IMG/VR virus record: IMGVR_UViG_3300016643_000068
Location: 1-29,101 of that record
DNA: 29,101 nt
Source: a virus
Taxonomy: Duplodnaviria; Caudoviricetes
Direction: 5' to 3' (one strand)
Below the pieces are notes generated by a model that was not told where the DNA came from, searched no databases, and worked only from the letters and a program-made list of their open reading frames with translations. Shown piece by piece: positions 15,436 through 24,330 of the stretch (positions are counted from its first letter, which is position 1; the number at the start of each line of letters is the position of its first letter). The position numbers were made by a program, and so were the translations under genes.

Positions 15436-16239
15436 TCAGTATCCCGGCAGCGTCGAGAAGTTGCCCGTGCCCGGGAAGGGCTGCTTCCAGTAGACCGGGT
15501 ACGCCTTATTCGCGTAGCCGCCCGTACCACGCTTCGTCTCGCGGTCTGCGTCGCGATCGGGGACCTGGCGCAAGTGCGCCCACTCGTCCCAGGTGAAGAC
15601 ATAGGTGACATCGTAGAGATCGGGACCGACGCGACTCTGCCGGAAGCCGTGGAAGAGCACATAGCCCTCCGCCGCGCCGAGGAAGGTCGCGCTGTTGCGC
15701 TTGCCGATGAGACCGAGGATCGTGGTCTTGTTGATCGAGGCTGACGCTAGGCGCACCGTGAAGGTCATCTCCTGCTTGCGTCGCATCGTGCTCACGGGCT
15801 CGCCGTTCGCGTCGATGGCCGTTCCGGCGATGTCGGTCTCGGCCGGAGTGTTCAGGTTCGACGCGATCGTCGCACCAGAGCGCCACGCATCGACGAACTC
15901 GACCACGACGCTCGCCTCGTGCTTCGAGTAGGAGGCCGATGGATCGGAGCCGCCGCTGCTCGTGGTCGTGCTCGATGACTCGACGGCGTTTGAGTAGAAG
16001 GCCGTCGCCTCCCAGGTCGCGCCGCCCGATCCGTCGATCGGCGAATAGTTCAGCGAGCGCAGCGTCGCGTTCGGCACATTGGTCGATCCGCTGTACGCCG
16101 ATCCGAGCGTGTAGGAGCCCAACTGCGATACGCACCCGGACGCATCCTGCGGCGAGACGGCCGTGATGACGAGCCGCACGGTCGCCGTGCTCGAGTCGGT
16201 CTGTCGATTCTCTTCTACGCTCTGGGTGATTACGGCCAT
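15436..16239 (-). CDS. 267-aa tail tip (distal tail/hub-like) protein
   Basis: Immediately downstream of the tape measure; beta-rich; GKRNSATFLG..G.VLF pattern. Confidence 0.55.
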   Translation of the reverse strand: MAVITQSVEENRQTDSSTATVRLVITAVSPQDASGCVSQLGSYTLGSAYSGSTNVPNATLRSLNYSPIDGSGGATWEATAFYSNAVESSSTTTSSGGSDPSASYSKHEASVVVEFVDAWRSGATIASNLNTPAETDIAGTAIDANGEPVSTMRRKQEMTFTVRLASASINKTTILGLIGKRNSATFLGAAEGYVLFHGFRQSRVGPDLYDVTYVFTWDEWAHLRQVPDRDADRETKRGTGGYANKAYPVYWKQPFPGTGNFSTLPGY

Positions 16240-16249
16240 CGCGGGATCC

Positions 16250-18133
16250 TCAATACGGTGCTTGCTGCTGGGCTTGCGCCTTCGCGATCTGGTCGTTCAG
16301 CTTGCGGAGTTCGGCGGTCTGGTTCTTCGTCTCGTCGGCGATGCGCTTCTGAATATCGACGGCATCGGTGAGACCTGGGATCTTGAACTGGCCGATCGCA
16401 GTATCGAGCGTCTCGGTAGCCTGCATCCGCTTTTGCTCGTCCTCCATCGCTTTCGATCTCGCTGCGTCTGCGGCCTGCTGAATCGATTGCTCGAGTTGAG
16501 CACGATCCTCGGTGATCTTCTTCAGATCCTCTTGGGCCTTCCGACGGCCCTCGCTGGCATCGGTCAGACGATCGATCTCTCGCCTCTGCTCCATCAGGTA
16601 ATCGATCATCTCCTGCTCAATACCGGCGCTCGCTAGACGACGCTCGTAGAGACGATCCTGAAGAGCCGCCTCGCCCTCTCGGAGTCGGAAGAGTTCATCC
16701 TCGATCGTTTGCTCTTCGACCATGAAGGCATTCATCGCGGAGACGCGATCGAGCCTACGCTGCTCTATGGCTTCTTGCTCGGCCTTCTTCGCGGCGATCT
16801 TGTCCTCGAGCTCGAACGATTGCTCGAGGAGGCTCAACTGGTCAGCCGTCGCGTCTGCGTTCAGTCGCGCCTTGTTCGCCGCTTCCTCGAGCGACTGCAC
16901 TTCTTTCTGCTTCGCCTCGATGATCTGGCGCACCTTGTCGGCGCGATCTTCGTCGCCATCCGCGAGCGCGTCGTTGTACGCCTCCTGCGTCCGAACGAGA
17001 TCCGCCGACGCTGCGGCGTACTTCTTCTGCAACTGGTCGCGCTGCTGCTCGGCCGCGATGATGGCGTTCGATGCTTGGAGTTGCTGAAACAGCCGCTCGG
17101 CTTGCTTCGTTGCCGCCTCCTCTTGGCCTTCCGGTGCTGCGAGAAACGCCTGCTGCCCAGCGACCTTTTCGCCCATCGCGGCAACTCCGGCACGCGACTT
17201 CTCCAAAGCCTGCGCCATCTCTGCGATTGCTTTGGCTGCTGCGTCTGCCCGGTCCTTGACCATCGACAGCGTGCGCTCGAATGCGGCCTCGGCTGCTGCT
17301 GCATCGTCTGCCGCCGCCTTATAGAACGCGATGCCGATCGCTGCTATGGCTGCGACCGCGAGCCCGATCGGGCCGATGGTCGAGTAGATCGCCGTCCCGA
17401 TCGCTCGAGCCGCCGATACCGCCCGACTGGCCGCCCCGCTAATCGCCGATCCGAAGGTAGTCGCGCTAGATGCCGACTTCGTGAACGCCTGGGTGGTCGC
17501 CACGCCGGAGGATGCGACGGAAGTCTCGATCGTCTTCGTGCTCGAGGCAACGCCAGCAGCACCTAGTTCGATCGCATCGGCGACCGCAGCCGAGCCGCTA
17601 GCCGCAGACTCTCTGGCACGGCGCATCGCTCGCTCGATCTCGTCGCCGTAGGCGATCACGCCGCCCTGCGGGAAACGAGTCTTTCCGGCATCTACGAGCC
17701 GCTGCATCTCCGAGCGCGTGTCGATGATCGCTGCGCGTGCCGCCTCGAGCGGGGCCAACTCGATCTCCGGGGCTTTCGGTGCCGGCATGGGACCGATGAA
17801 CGGCATCGGCCCAATGAAGTCGCTCGCGTTCGGGAGGCTTGTCGCGACCTTGGCTGCGGAGAGCGTCGCCGCCTGACGAGCCAGAGCCGTGAGCCCCTCG
17901 ACCATCTTCGGGAGTTGCTTCGTTCCGAGTTGCACGAAGTCGCGGAACTGGATCACGAAGGACGGATCGAGGCCGAGTTTCGAGAGAGACTGCGAGAGCG
18001 CGTCCACGCCGCCGTTCATCGCGCCGATGTCGCGCTTGCTCTTACTGACGAACGACGAGAGAGCGCCCGACCCGGCGGTTAGGCCGTCGGTGTTCACCTT
18101 GAAGTTCACGAAGAGGTCGCCGACGTTAGCCAC
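16250..18133 (-). CDS. Tape measure protein (627 aa)
   Basis: MANVGDLFVNFKVNT N-terminus, Ala-rich helices, a hydrophobic PIGLAVAAIAAIG segment, and position after the G/GT chaperones. Confidence 0.85.
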   Translation of the reverse strand: MANVGDLFVNFKVNTDGLTAGSGALSSFVSKSKRDIGAMNGGVDALSQSLSKLGLDPSFVIQFRDFVQLGTKQLPKMVEGLTALARQAATLSAAKVATSLPNASDFIGPMPFIGPMPAPKAPEIELAPLEAARAAIIDTRSEMQRLVDAGKTRFPQGGVIAYGDEIERAMRRARESAASGSAAVADAIELGAAGVASSTKTIETSVASSGVATTQAFTKSASSATTFGSAISGAASRAVSAARAIGTAIYSTIGPIGLAVAAIAAIGIAFYKAAADDAAAAEAAFERTLSMVKDRADAAAKAIAEMAQALEKSRAGVAAMGEKVAGQQAFLAAPEGQEEAATKQAERLFQQLQASNAIIAAEQQRDQLQKKYAAASADLVRTQEAYNDALADGDEDRADKVRQIIEAKQKEVQSLEEAANKARLNADATADQLSLLEQSFELEDKIAAKKAEQEAIEQRRLDRVSAMNAFMVEEQTIEDELFRLREGEAALQDRLYERRLASAGIEQEMIDYLMEQRREIDRLTDASEGRRKAQEDLKKITEDRAQLEQSIQQAADAARSKAMEDEQKRMQATETLDTAIGQFKIPGLTDAVDIQKRIADETKNQTAELRKLNDQIAKAQAQQQAPY

Positions 18134-18461
18134 TAGGTTTGTCTCCTCCGAGCGCCTTGAGCATAGCGATCCACTTCTCGGAGTCGTTAGCCTTCGTCGC
18201 AGCCTTCGGCAGCCAAGGCATGAACTCGGACACCTTCGCGCTGGTGCTCCCCTTGCTGCGGTGCGCGTTGACGTATAGCGCGGCGATCATCGCGAATCCG
18301 TAGTCGGTGCGGAAGGCACCGATCGGCTCGAGCGAGTCGTAGGCCATCCACTCGGAGAGCTCGCGCGCGCTCATCCGCTGCTCCAGTTCAGCGACCGTCA
18401 TCCCCAGCGCGAGCGCCAGGCGGAAGATGAACCGACGGGTGGCGCGCTCTGTCAGTTTCCC
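18126..18461 (-). CDS. Tail assembly chaperone GT C-terminal part (-1 frame)
   Basis: The -1 frame reads GKLTERATRRFIFRLALALGMTVAELEQRMSARELSEWMAY..LEP.G and is in frame with ORF 18126-18401. Confidence 0.8.
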   Translation of the reverse strand, partial: GKLTERATRRFIFRLALALGMTVAELEQRMSARELSEWMAYDSLEPIGAFRTDYGFAMIAALYVNAHRSKGSTSAKVSEFMPWLPKAATKANDSEKWIAMLKALGGDKPSG

Positions 18462-18811
18462 GAGAGGGCTTCCACGTCCTTTGCGCCCATCCCCGAGAGC
18501 CGCTGCGCGACCTCGAAGAGCGGATCCACGACCTTCGCAGGCAGGCCGGCGACCTGCTCCACGTCGCCGTCGGCGAAGAGCCGCTTCCCGCTCGCGTCGC
18601 AGATGCAGCGCACGAGCAGACGCGCGCGGAGGTTGACGAAGTTCATCTCGCGGTTAGCGCCCTTGCCGACGAAGCACGCGGCCTCGAAGGCATCGCGCTC
18701 GCCGGCGGTCAGTCCGCGCACCGAGATAGGCTCGGCCACGCCTGGAATGGAAACAGCCTCCACCGGGATGGAGGCTGCGAGGGAAAGCACGAAGTCCTTG
18801 TTGGCGGTCAT
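18452..18811 (-). CDS. Tail assembly chaperone G
   Basis: VRGLTAGERD...RARLLVRCICD..GKRLF pattern; ends SGN at the slippery site. Confidence 0.8.
   Translation of the reverse strand: MTANKDFVLSLAASIPVEAVSIPGVAEPISVRGLTAGERDAFEAACFVGKGANREMNFVNLRARLLVRCICDASGKRLFADGDVEQVAGLPAKVVDPLFEVAQRLSGMGAKDVEALSGN
18455..18461 (-). promoter_or_regulatory. -1 programmed ribosomal frameshift slippery site G GGA AAC
   Basis: X XXY YYZ heptamer in the correct phase directly before the TGA of the chaperone gene (lambda G/GT paradigm). Confidence 0.85.
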
Positions 18812-18843
18812 GGTGTGGCGCTCCTAGATGTGCGAGGCGAAGA

Positions 18844-19299
18844 TCAGGTCGAGGACGTGAAGCCGCCCGTGACACGGATCGTAAGGTCGGCTTCGACTGC
18901 GCCATCGACTGCGGCAGAGACATTGAACGAAGTCACATAGCCGGCGAATGCCAACTCGAAGCCGCCCGTGCCCGTGTTCGGACCGAAGCGGATCTTGAAG
19001 TTGCGATAGTCGGCACCGTTGGCGTAGGTGTAAGGATTGAGCGCGCCGTTGTTGGAGGTCGTTCCGAGTTCGGCTGCCGCGTACGCGGGAGCGAAAAGCG
19101 AGATCGAGATCGTGCCGCTGTCCTTCGTGCCGCCGATGAAAGACTTCACCGTAGTCGAAAGAGCAGAAGTGTCGATCTCTGCGATCGAGATCCCATCGAC
19201 GGAGATCGACTTGATCTCGCCGACGGCGGTGAATGTAGCGCCACCGGATCCGGTGGTCGTTGCATACGAGAACGTCGAGCCGGGTGCGACGATTGCCAT
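18844..19299 (-). CDS. Tail tube protein paralog 2
   Basis: GEIKSISVDG...EIDTSAL...KSFIGGTKDSGTISI...FAGYVTSFNV.AAVDG...LTIRVTG is a lambda/HK97-like tube pattern. Confidence 0.8.
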   Translation of the reverse strand: MAIVAPGSTFSYATTTGSGGATFTAVGEIKSISVDGISIAEIDTSALSTTVKSFIGGTKDSGTISISLFAPAYAAAELGTTSNNGALNPYTYANGADYRNFKIRFGPNTGTGGFELAFAGYVTSFNVSAAVDGAVEADLTIRVTGGFTSST

Positions 19300-19302
19300 G
19301 TG

Positions 19303-19692
19303 TTAGCTCCAGGTGATCTGCGAGGTGAGCTTGATGGTCGCTGACGCAGTCACGGCCCCATCCTGCTCGGCAGAGATCGAGAGGTTTGTGGCGATGCCGT
19401 TGAATGAAGCGTCGAGCGATCCGCCAGCGAACGAGATCGAGAATGAGGTGGCGGTAGCGTCTCCGCTAGCCGGCATGATATTCGCATCGAATCCGCTCCA
19501 GTTAGCCGGGGCGAAAAAGTCGATGGTCATCGTTCCGGCATCGAGAGCGCCCATCAGGAAGGTCTTGTTTGAGTCGGTCAGGCTCGTGATGTCAATCTCG
19601 GCGAGCGAAGATCCGCCGACCGATATGTTCGTCACCTCACCGATCGAGACGGCGTTAGCGGTGAGCGTTGTGTTGTATGCGGAAAGTGCCAT
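19303..19692 (-). CDS. Tail tube protein paralog 1
   Basis: GEVTNISVGG...EIDITSL...KTFLMGALDAGTMTI...FNGIATNLSI.AEQDG...ATIKLTS aligns end to end with the next gene. Confidence 0.8.
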   Translation of the reverse strand: MALSAYNTTLTANAVSIGEVTNISVGGSSLAEIDITSLTDSNKTFLMGALDAGTMTIDFFAPANWSGFDANIMPASGDATATSFSISFAGGSLDASFNGIATNLSISAEQDGAVTASATIKLTSQITWS

Positions 19693-19707
19693 AGTGAGGA
19701 TCCCTCG

Positions 19708-20151
19708 TTAGGTGTGAAGACAGGTTAGCTCCACGGTCGCGATGTACAAACCGTAGGTCGCACCGTCTGCTGGTACTTGGTAGTCCGTGACGATGCCAGA
19801 GACGCGGGTATTCCAGACCCTCAACTTCAGGGTCGCACCGGACGTGAAGTCTTGCGACCAGTCATCGAAGGCGGCCTGCACCTTCTGGGCGAGGTCGATG
19901 CTGGTCCGCTTGTCATCCGACAGGCAATGCACGCCGACGCTCGAGCGGGCCAGCGTGTGCGCCCCGACGAGCGTCTGGAACGGGCTCGTCGTGTTCAACT
20001 CGTAGACGATTGCAGGGAGCGCCTGCCCGTCGAATCGGATCTCGGGGTAGACCCGTACCGGATTCGTGCCGATGATCGACGTGATCGCGGCGGTCGCCGA
20101 GATCCGCGACTTGACGGCCGTCTCGATGTTCCACACGGTTTGCGCGGGCAT
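19708..20151 (-). CDS. Tail terminator/completion protein (DUF3168-like)
   Basis: RVYP......LPAIVY...LAQKVQAAFD pattern and synteny. Confidence 0.75.
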   Translation of the reverse strand: MPAQTVWNIETAVKSRISATAAITSIIGTNPVRVYPEIRFDGQALPAIVYELNTTSPFQTLVGAHTLARSSVGVHCLSDDKRTSIDLAQKVQAAFDDWSQDFTSGATLKLRVWNTRVSGIVTDYQVPADGATYGLYIATVELTCLHT

Positions 20152-20729
20152 TACGAGAGGTCTCCCTTGTTCTGCTTACGGCTGCTGGCAGGGTTGGTCC
20201 AACTCTGGATGAAGTCGGTGAACTCGCGCACGACCTCGGCCTCGACCCCTGGCTTGAGCCGCTTGAAGATTCGATAGAAGGGCCACTTGCCGGGAATCTG
20301 GCGGTCCGATCGCACCCATCCGCCGGCGGCCTTGAGCTTGAATCCCTTCTCGATGAGCCGACCATAGAACGATCCGCTCCTCCCGGTCACGCCCACGCGC
20401 TTTCCGACGAAGAGTCGGCGCTGCTTCGAGCCGAGCGGGATCACGGCGATGCTCGATGCGACCTTCTGGCGAGCGGTGCCTGGAGTCACCTCCACGCCGC
20501 GCTTCAGGTACGGCCAGCGCCGGCCGCTGCCCTTGCGCGTGTATGCCTCGTCGGTGCGCGTGCGAAGAGATAGAACTTCGGAGCGCATCGCTTGCGCGAT
20601 CTGTCCTAGTTGACGATCGGCGAGCGTCTCGATGAGATCCTTCTGCACGTCGGCGGTGAACTTCTTGAACGCCTGCACGACGGCATCGCCGCCCTCGACC
20701 TTCACCTGATCCATGAACGCTTGGCTCAT
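20151..20729 (-). CDS. HK97 gp10-like neck/tail-component protein
   Basis: VKVEG N-terminus, FYGRLIEKG...PF motif, and synteny. Confidence 0.7.
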   Translation of the reverse strand: MSQAFMDQVKVEGGDAVVQAFKKFTADVQKDLIETLADRQLGQIAQAMRSEVLSLRTRTDEAYTRKGSGRRWPYLKRGVEVTPGTARQKVASSIAVIPLGSKQRRLFVGKRVGVTGRSGSFYGRLIEKGFKLKAAGGWVRSDRQIPGKWPFYRIFKRLKPGVEAEVVREFTDFIQSWTNPASSRKQNKGDLS

Positions 20730-21061
20730 CGCACCTCCCGCACGCGGAGCGTGATCGTCTGCTGCCGATCGTCGTACTCCATCTCGCCCTCGATCTCGAA
20801 CGTGCGGCCGAGGCTTTCGAGTCGGCTCGTGTTCGAGAAGAGCGTCCGCTCCTTCGCTCGGATCATCACCTCGTAGGTCCGTGCGTGCGTCACGCGCTCG
20901 CGCTCGACGGTCTCGGTCGCGTTGGTGCCCTTGAGGTAGCCCCAGATCGTGCTGCCCGTCGAGAGGAACGTCGGCACGTTCTGGCCGAACTCGTCGAGTT
21001 CCGTGGAGCGGTTCAGCACCACGAACGGCGTGCGCATGAGACCGGATCGGACGCGCCTCAT
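20726..21061 (-). CDS. Head closure protein (SPP1 gp16-like)
   Basis: GLMR...DEFG...IWG...GRTFEI pattern and synteny. Confidence 0.75.
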   Translation of the reverse strand: MRRVRSGLMRTPFVVLNRSTELDEFGQNVPTFLSTGSTIWGYLKGTNATETVERERVTHARTYEVMIRAKERTLFSNTSRLESLGRTFEIEGEMEYDDRQQTITLRVREVR

Positions 21062-21678
21062 GCCATCCTCGGGACAGAGAACATCCGAGCCAGCGCCTCG
21101 ACCCCGTGCGGCACCTCGGAGAGATTCACCTCGGAGCCAGTCTCGCGCGCGATGTCGTACCAGTAGCCGACGGCCATGAGCACGGCCTGTCGGAGCGCCT
21201 GGGGCACGCTAGCCGCCGTCGCGCCGTAGCCGGCCGTATAGCCGATCGTGACGCTCGAGAGCCCGGCGTAGAACCGGGTCGCGGGCCACGCCGAGATGAT
21301 CGCCGGGGCGATCACGATCGAGCCCGGTAGTCGCTGCGTCTCGACCGTGTACGCGCTCGCCGAGAGCGTCTGCGTCGTGCCGGCGGTGTCCACATATGTG
21401 ATCGAGGAGACCGCCGAGACCTTGCCGGCGGGCAGGATGATCTCGTAGTGAGCCGGGAAGCGATCAAGCTTGAGCGTGTAGGTGCGCTGCACGAGCGGCC
21501 GATTGGCGAGCCCCTCGACATAGTTGCGAGCCGCCACGATCAGGCTCGTTATGAGCGAGTCCTCATCCGAGTGCGTGACTCGCAGATGTGCCTTCGCCTC
21601 GGCGAGCGTGACGGGCTCGACGGCGGGGCTCGTCGCCTCGACATTCGAGAGATAGGTCGCTCCGTCAACTGCCAGCAT
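21058..21678 (-). CDS. Head-tail connector (HK97 gp6 / phiE125 gp8-like)
   Basis: EPVTLAEAKAHLRV...ED.LI..LI.AAR...YTAGYG...VPQALRQAVL...WY. Confidence 0.88.
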   Translation of the reverse strand: MLAVDGATYLSNVEATSPAVEPVTLAEAKAHLRVTHSDEDSLITSLIVAARNYVEGLANRPLVQRTYTLKLDRFPAHYEIILPAGKVSAVSSITYVDTAGTTQTLSASAYTVETQRLPGSIVIAPAIISAWPATRFYAGLSSVTIGYTAGYGATAASVPQALRQAVLMAVGYWYDIARETGSEVNLSEVPHGVEALARMFSVPRMA

Positions 21679-21868
21679 CGGGATCCTCCCTTGTCGCCTT
21701 GCGGAGCCGCACGCGGCCGCGCTCGGGTGTCTCGATCACGGGCTCGTCGCGCTCGACCAGCCCTGCACGAATGTACCGCTCCGCATCCGCGTCGGGAATC
21801 TCGCATCGCATTCCGGCCGACCAAGCCCCTCGAGCAGTCGCGAACGCCTTCAAAATGTGCACGCGCAT
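21665..21868 (-). CDS. 67-aa conserved small post-capsid protein
   Basis: GGAGG SD; G...EI.D..A...I.AG pattern typical of small genes that follow HK97 capsids. Confidence 0.65.
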   Translation of the reverse strand: MRVHILKAFATARGAWSAGMRCEIPDADAERYIRAGLVERDEPVIETPERGRVRLRKATREDPDAGS

Positions 21869-21883
21869 GGTGTCCTCCTAGTG

Positions 21884-21912
21884 AAAGAGGGCGAGCCTTG
21901 CGGCCCGCCCTC
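21884..21912 (-). terminator. Intrinsic terminator/attenuator after major capsid gene
   Basis: GAGGGCGGGCC-GCAA-GGCTCGCCCTC-TTT: an 11-bp stem with a GNRA loop and a short U tract. Confidence 0.7.
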
Positions 21913-21935
21913 CTTGCCCATCATCACCCATCCGA

Positions 21936-23219
21936 TCAGCTGTTGTCATCCTTCAGCGCGCGGAAGGCATCGATGCGGGTCACCTTGGCATCGAGACGAG
22001 TCTCGCCGAGGTAGCCGATCTGTCCGTTGCCGGCGTAGAGTTCGTTCAGCACCTGGATGCTGATACCAGTCCGCTGAGCGACCACCATGTGCTGGAAGTC
22101 GCCGATCACGGCGTGGATCTGGTCGTTGACGTTGCCGAAGTTCGGAGCCCACGGCGTGACGTACACCGGAATGCCGAGCAGGCGGTCCGGGGTGCCAGCC
22201 TGGAACGAAGGCGCCCACAGGTAGTCGAGAGCGAGGTGGCTGCCAGATCCGGTCTGCTTCTGCGTGAGTTGACGGCACGCGGTGTAGAACGACTGCGAAG
22301 CCACGATCGCGCAGGACGGGCTCTTCAGGTACTTCATCGGCAGGCTGTAGACCCAAGTGATCAGTTCATCCGGGGTCAGCGTGCCATCGGTGGCGAGCGT
22401 CGTGGCGCTGGCCGTGAGCGCAGTACCGTCCACGCTGGCATTCTTCAAGCCCTGCGGCTTGTTGGTGCCGTTGCCGTGCCACAACTGATACTCGATCGAC
22501 TGCGCGAAGAGACGGCCCATGCGCTGGGCGACCATCGACTCGACCGAGAAGTCAGCGCCGCGAGCAGGAGCGTCCTGCACGAGTTCGCGCGAGACCTTGA
22601 CCACTCGCCGCAGCGAGTTGCCCGTGAAGGTGATGTTCTTGAAGGTTGGCGTGTATTCATCGACCGACCCGGCTTCACCAGACCATCCCTCGGTGTCGAG
22701 TTCGCTAGAAGCGAAGTCGCCCTCGAGCGTGAAGTTCGTGGTGAAGTTGCCCACGTCGATCTTGCGGCAGAGGTTGTAGATCGAGGTCTCCTGCTCGATC
22801 GACTTCTGGAGCTGGGCATAGAAGCCAGCCGATGGAAGGTACTGACCATCGCCCGTGCCGGCGGCGATCGCGCGAGTATCGAAGTCACGGCGGAAGCCGT
22901 TCTTCAGGTAGTCAGCGAACCGAGTCTCGTAGGCTTCGCCAACGACCGGGGCGAGGCTGCGCGACTCGTGACGAGCGACGGGAGCCTCGCGCTCGACCAC
23001 GACCACATTGTGCGAGCCCTTGGCGGCGCGCGAGTTCAGGTCGGCCATCAGATCGCGGCGCTTGGCGAGAGCGTCATACTTCGCCTTCTTCTCCTCGATC
23101 TGCTTCTCCATCGCGGCGAGTTCTTCGCCCTCGGCCGAGGCCATCACCTCGACCATCTTGGTCATCTCTGCGTAGAGCTCGCCCATCTTCTCGACGAGTT
23201 CCTTGTATGCGTCCATCAT
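21936..23219 (-). CDS. Major capsid protein (HK97 fold) with N-terminal coiled-coil delta/scaffold domain
   Basis: Coiled-coil N-terminus, VSRELVQDA, GNGTNKPQGL, LLGIPV, GDF, and ELYAGNGQIGY...RLD. AGGAGG SD and a downstream terminator. Confidence 0.92.
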   Translation of the reverse strand: MMDAYKELVEKMGELYAEMTKMVEVMASAEGEELAAMEKQIEEKKAKYDALAKRRDLMADLNSRAAKGSHNVVVVEREAPVARHESRSLAPVVGEAYETRFADYLKNGFRRDFDTRAIAAGTGDGQYLPSAGFYAQLQKSIEQETSIYNLCRKIDVGNFTTNFTLEGDFASSELDTEGWSGEAGSVDEYTPTFKNITFTGNSLRRVVKVSRELVQDAPARGADFSVESMVAQRMGRLFAQSIEYQLWHGNGTNKPQGLKNASVDGTALTASATTLATDGTLTPDELITWVYSLPMKYLKSPSCAIVASQSFYTACRQLTQKQTGSGSHLALDYLWAPSFQAGTPDRLLGIPVYVTPWAPNFGNVNDQIHAVIGDFQHMVVAQRTGISIQVLNELYAGNGQIGYLGETRLDAKVTRIDAFRALKDDNS

Positions 23220-23235
23220 CTGTTTCCTCCTGGTA

Positions 23236-24306
23236 TCAGGATGCTGCCTTGATAGCGACGATCGCCTTGTTGTCGATCAGGTTCCCGCCCACGCGGACGG
23301 TCGCTCGAAGAACCACTTGCCCAGTCGCCGCGCGCACTTCGTTCAGGCGTTCCACTTGGAAGCCGCTCGAGTGCATCGCGAGCACATAACGAGAAAGATC
23401 CACGGCCACGGCACCGCGTTCGCTCGCGGCATCGTATTCGGCCTGGTAGTTGCTGTACGAGTTGATGAAGGCCGGCAGTCCGAACACGCTGCCGATGGAT
23501 CCCGGAGTTGTTGACGCTTGCAGGAACGCAGTAGTCGGAACGAAGCCGTCGTTGGCTCCCTTGCGATTGAAGATCCAGACGGCATTCATCATCGAGGCCG
23601 GCCGCAACTTGATCAGCGCGGCCGGATAGTTGTATCCGTTGATCGCGAAGTTTGACGCATCCTCAAAATGCACCTCGTTCACAGGAGAGAACGCATCCGA
23701 CGAGTTGTAGAAGAGCGGGTAGTTGAGGACACCCTGGCACTCCTTCTTGCTGTTCGTGTTCAGCGCAGGATCTCCGACGAGAATCTGGCGCTCGACTTCC
23801 GTCTGCAACTTGCGGATCAGGAAGTCGCGAAGGACAGTTTCGGCGCTCTCGCTTCCGATGGAGTCTTCGATCAGTTCCTTCGAGACCACCATGTTCACAC
23901 CGATCTCGTGCAGATCGATGGCACGGGTCTCGTAGTTCATGTCGTAGTTTGTCGGCGCTGCGCCAGTAATGCGCCATCGCGGCAACTCGAACGAGCCCGC
24001 CTCGTCCACGCGAGTACCCTCTTCATCCGAGGTCATCCGGTCCCCGGTCTCGAAGGCATCGTTGTAGTGATTGATCGTGAACTTGTTGCTAGTCACGGTG
24101 ACCTTGCGAACGCGAGAGAGAACCCACGACGTTTGCATCGAGTCCGTGAAGAACGAGGCCCAGTCCCGCGGAGCCAGGCTAGACGATGCACCCGTGACTC
24201 CGCGCGCCTCGTAGATCGTCTGCGCGTCAGCCGATGAGATCGCGCTCGCGCCACGCGCGAGGTATCGAAGGAAAGCCGCCCTGCTGCTCTGGTCCATGTC
24301 TTGCAT
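23236..24306 (-). CDS. Second HK97-fold capsid protein lacking the delta domain
   Basis: VSKELIEDS, ILVGD...CQGVL, NAVWIFN, VFGLP, and ERLNE...GQV..RA..RVGG. Confidence 0.8.
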   Translation of the reverse strand: MQDMDQSSRAAFLRYLARGASAISSADAQTIYEARGVTGASSSLAPRDWASFFTDSMQTSWVLSRVRKVTVTSNKFTINHYNDAFETGDRMTSDEEGTRVDEAGSFELPRWRITGAAPTNYDMNYETRAIDLHEIGVNMVVSKELIEDSIGSESAETVLRDFLIRKLQTEVERQILVGDPALNTNSKKECQGVLNYPLFYNSSDAFSPVNEVHFEDASNFAINGYNYPAALIKLRPASMMNAVWIFNRKGANDGFVPTTAFLQASTTPGSIGSVFGLPAFINSYSNYQAEYDAASERGAVAVDLSRYVLAMHSSGFQVERLNEVRAATGQVVLRATVRVGGNLIDNKAIVAIKAAS

Positions 24307-24330
24307 CCTCTCCGTTTTGGCCCCTACTGG

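Noticed and set aside
18126-18811. Split chaperone genes as a pseudogene or sequencing frameshift, or as a novelty
   Set aside because: This is the well-known programmed -1 frameshift of lambda G/GT-type tail chaperones.
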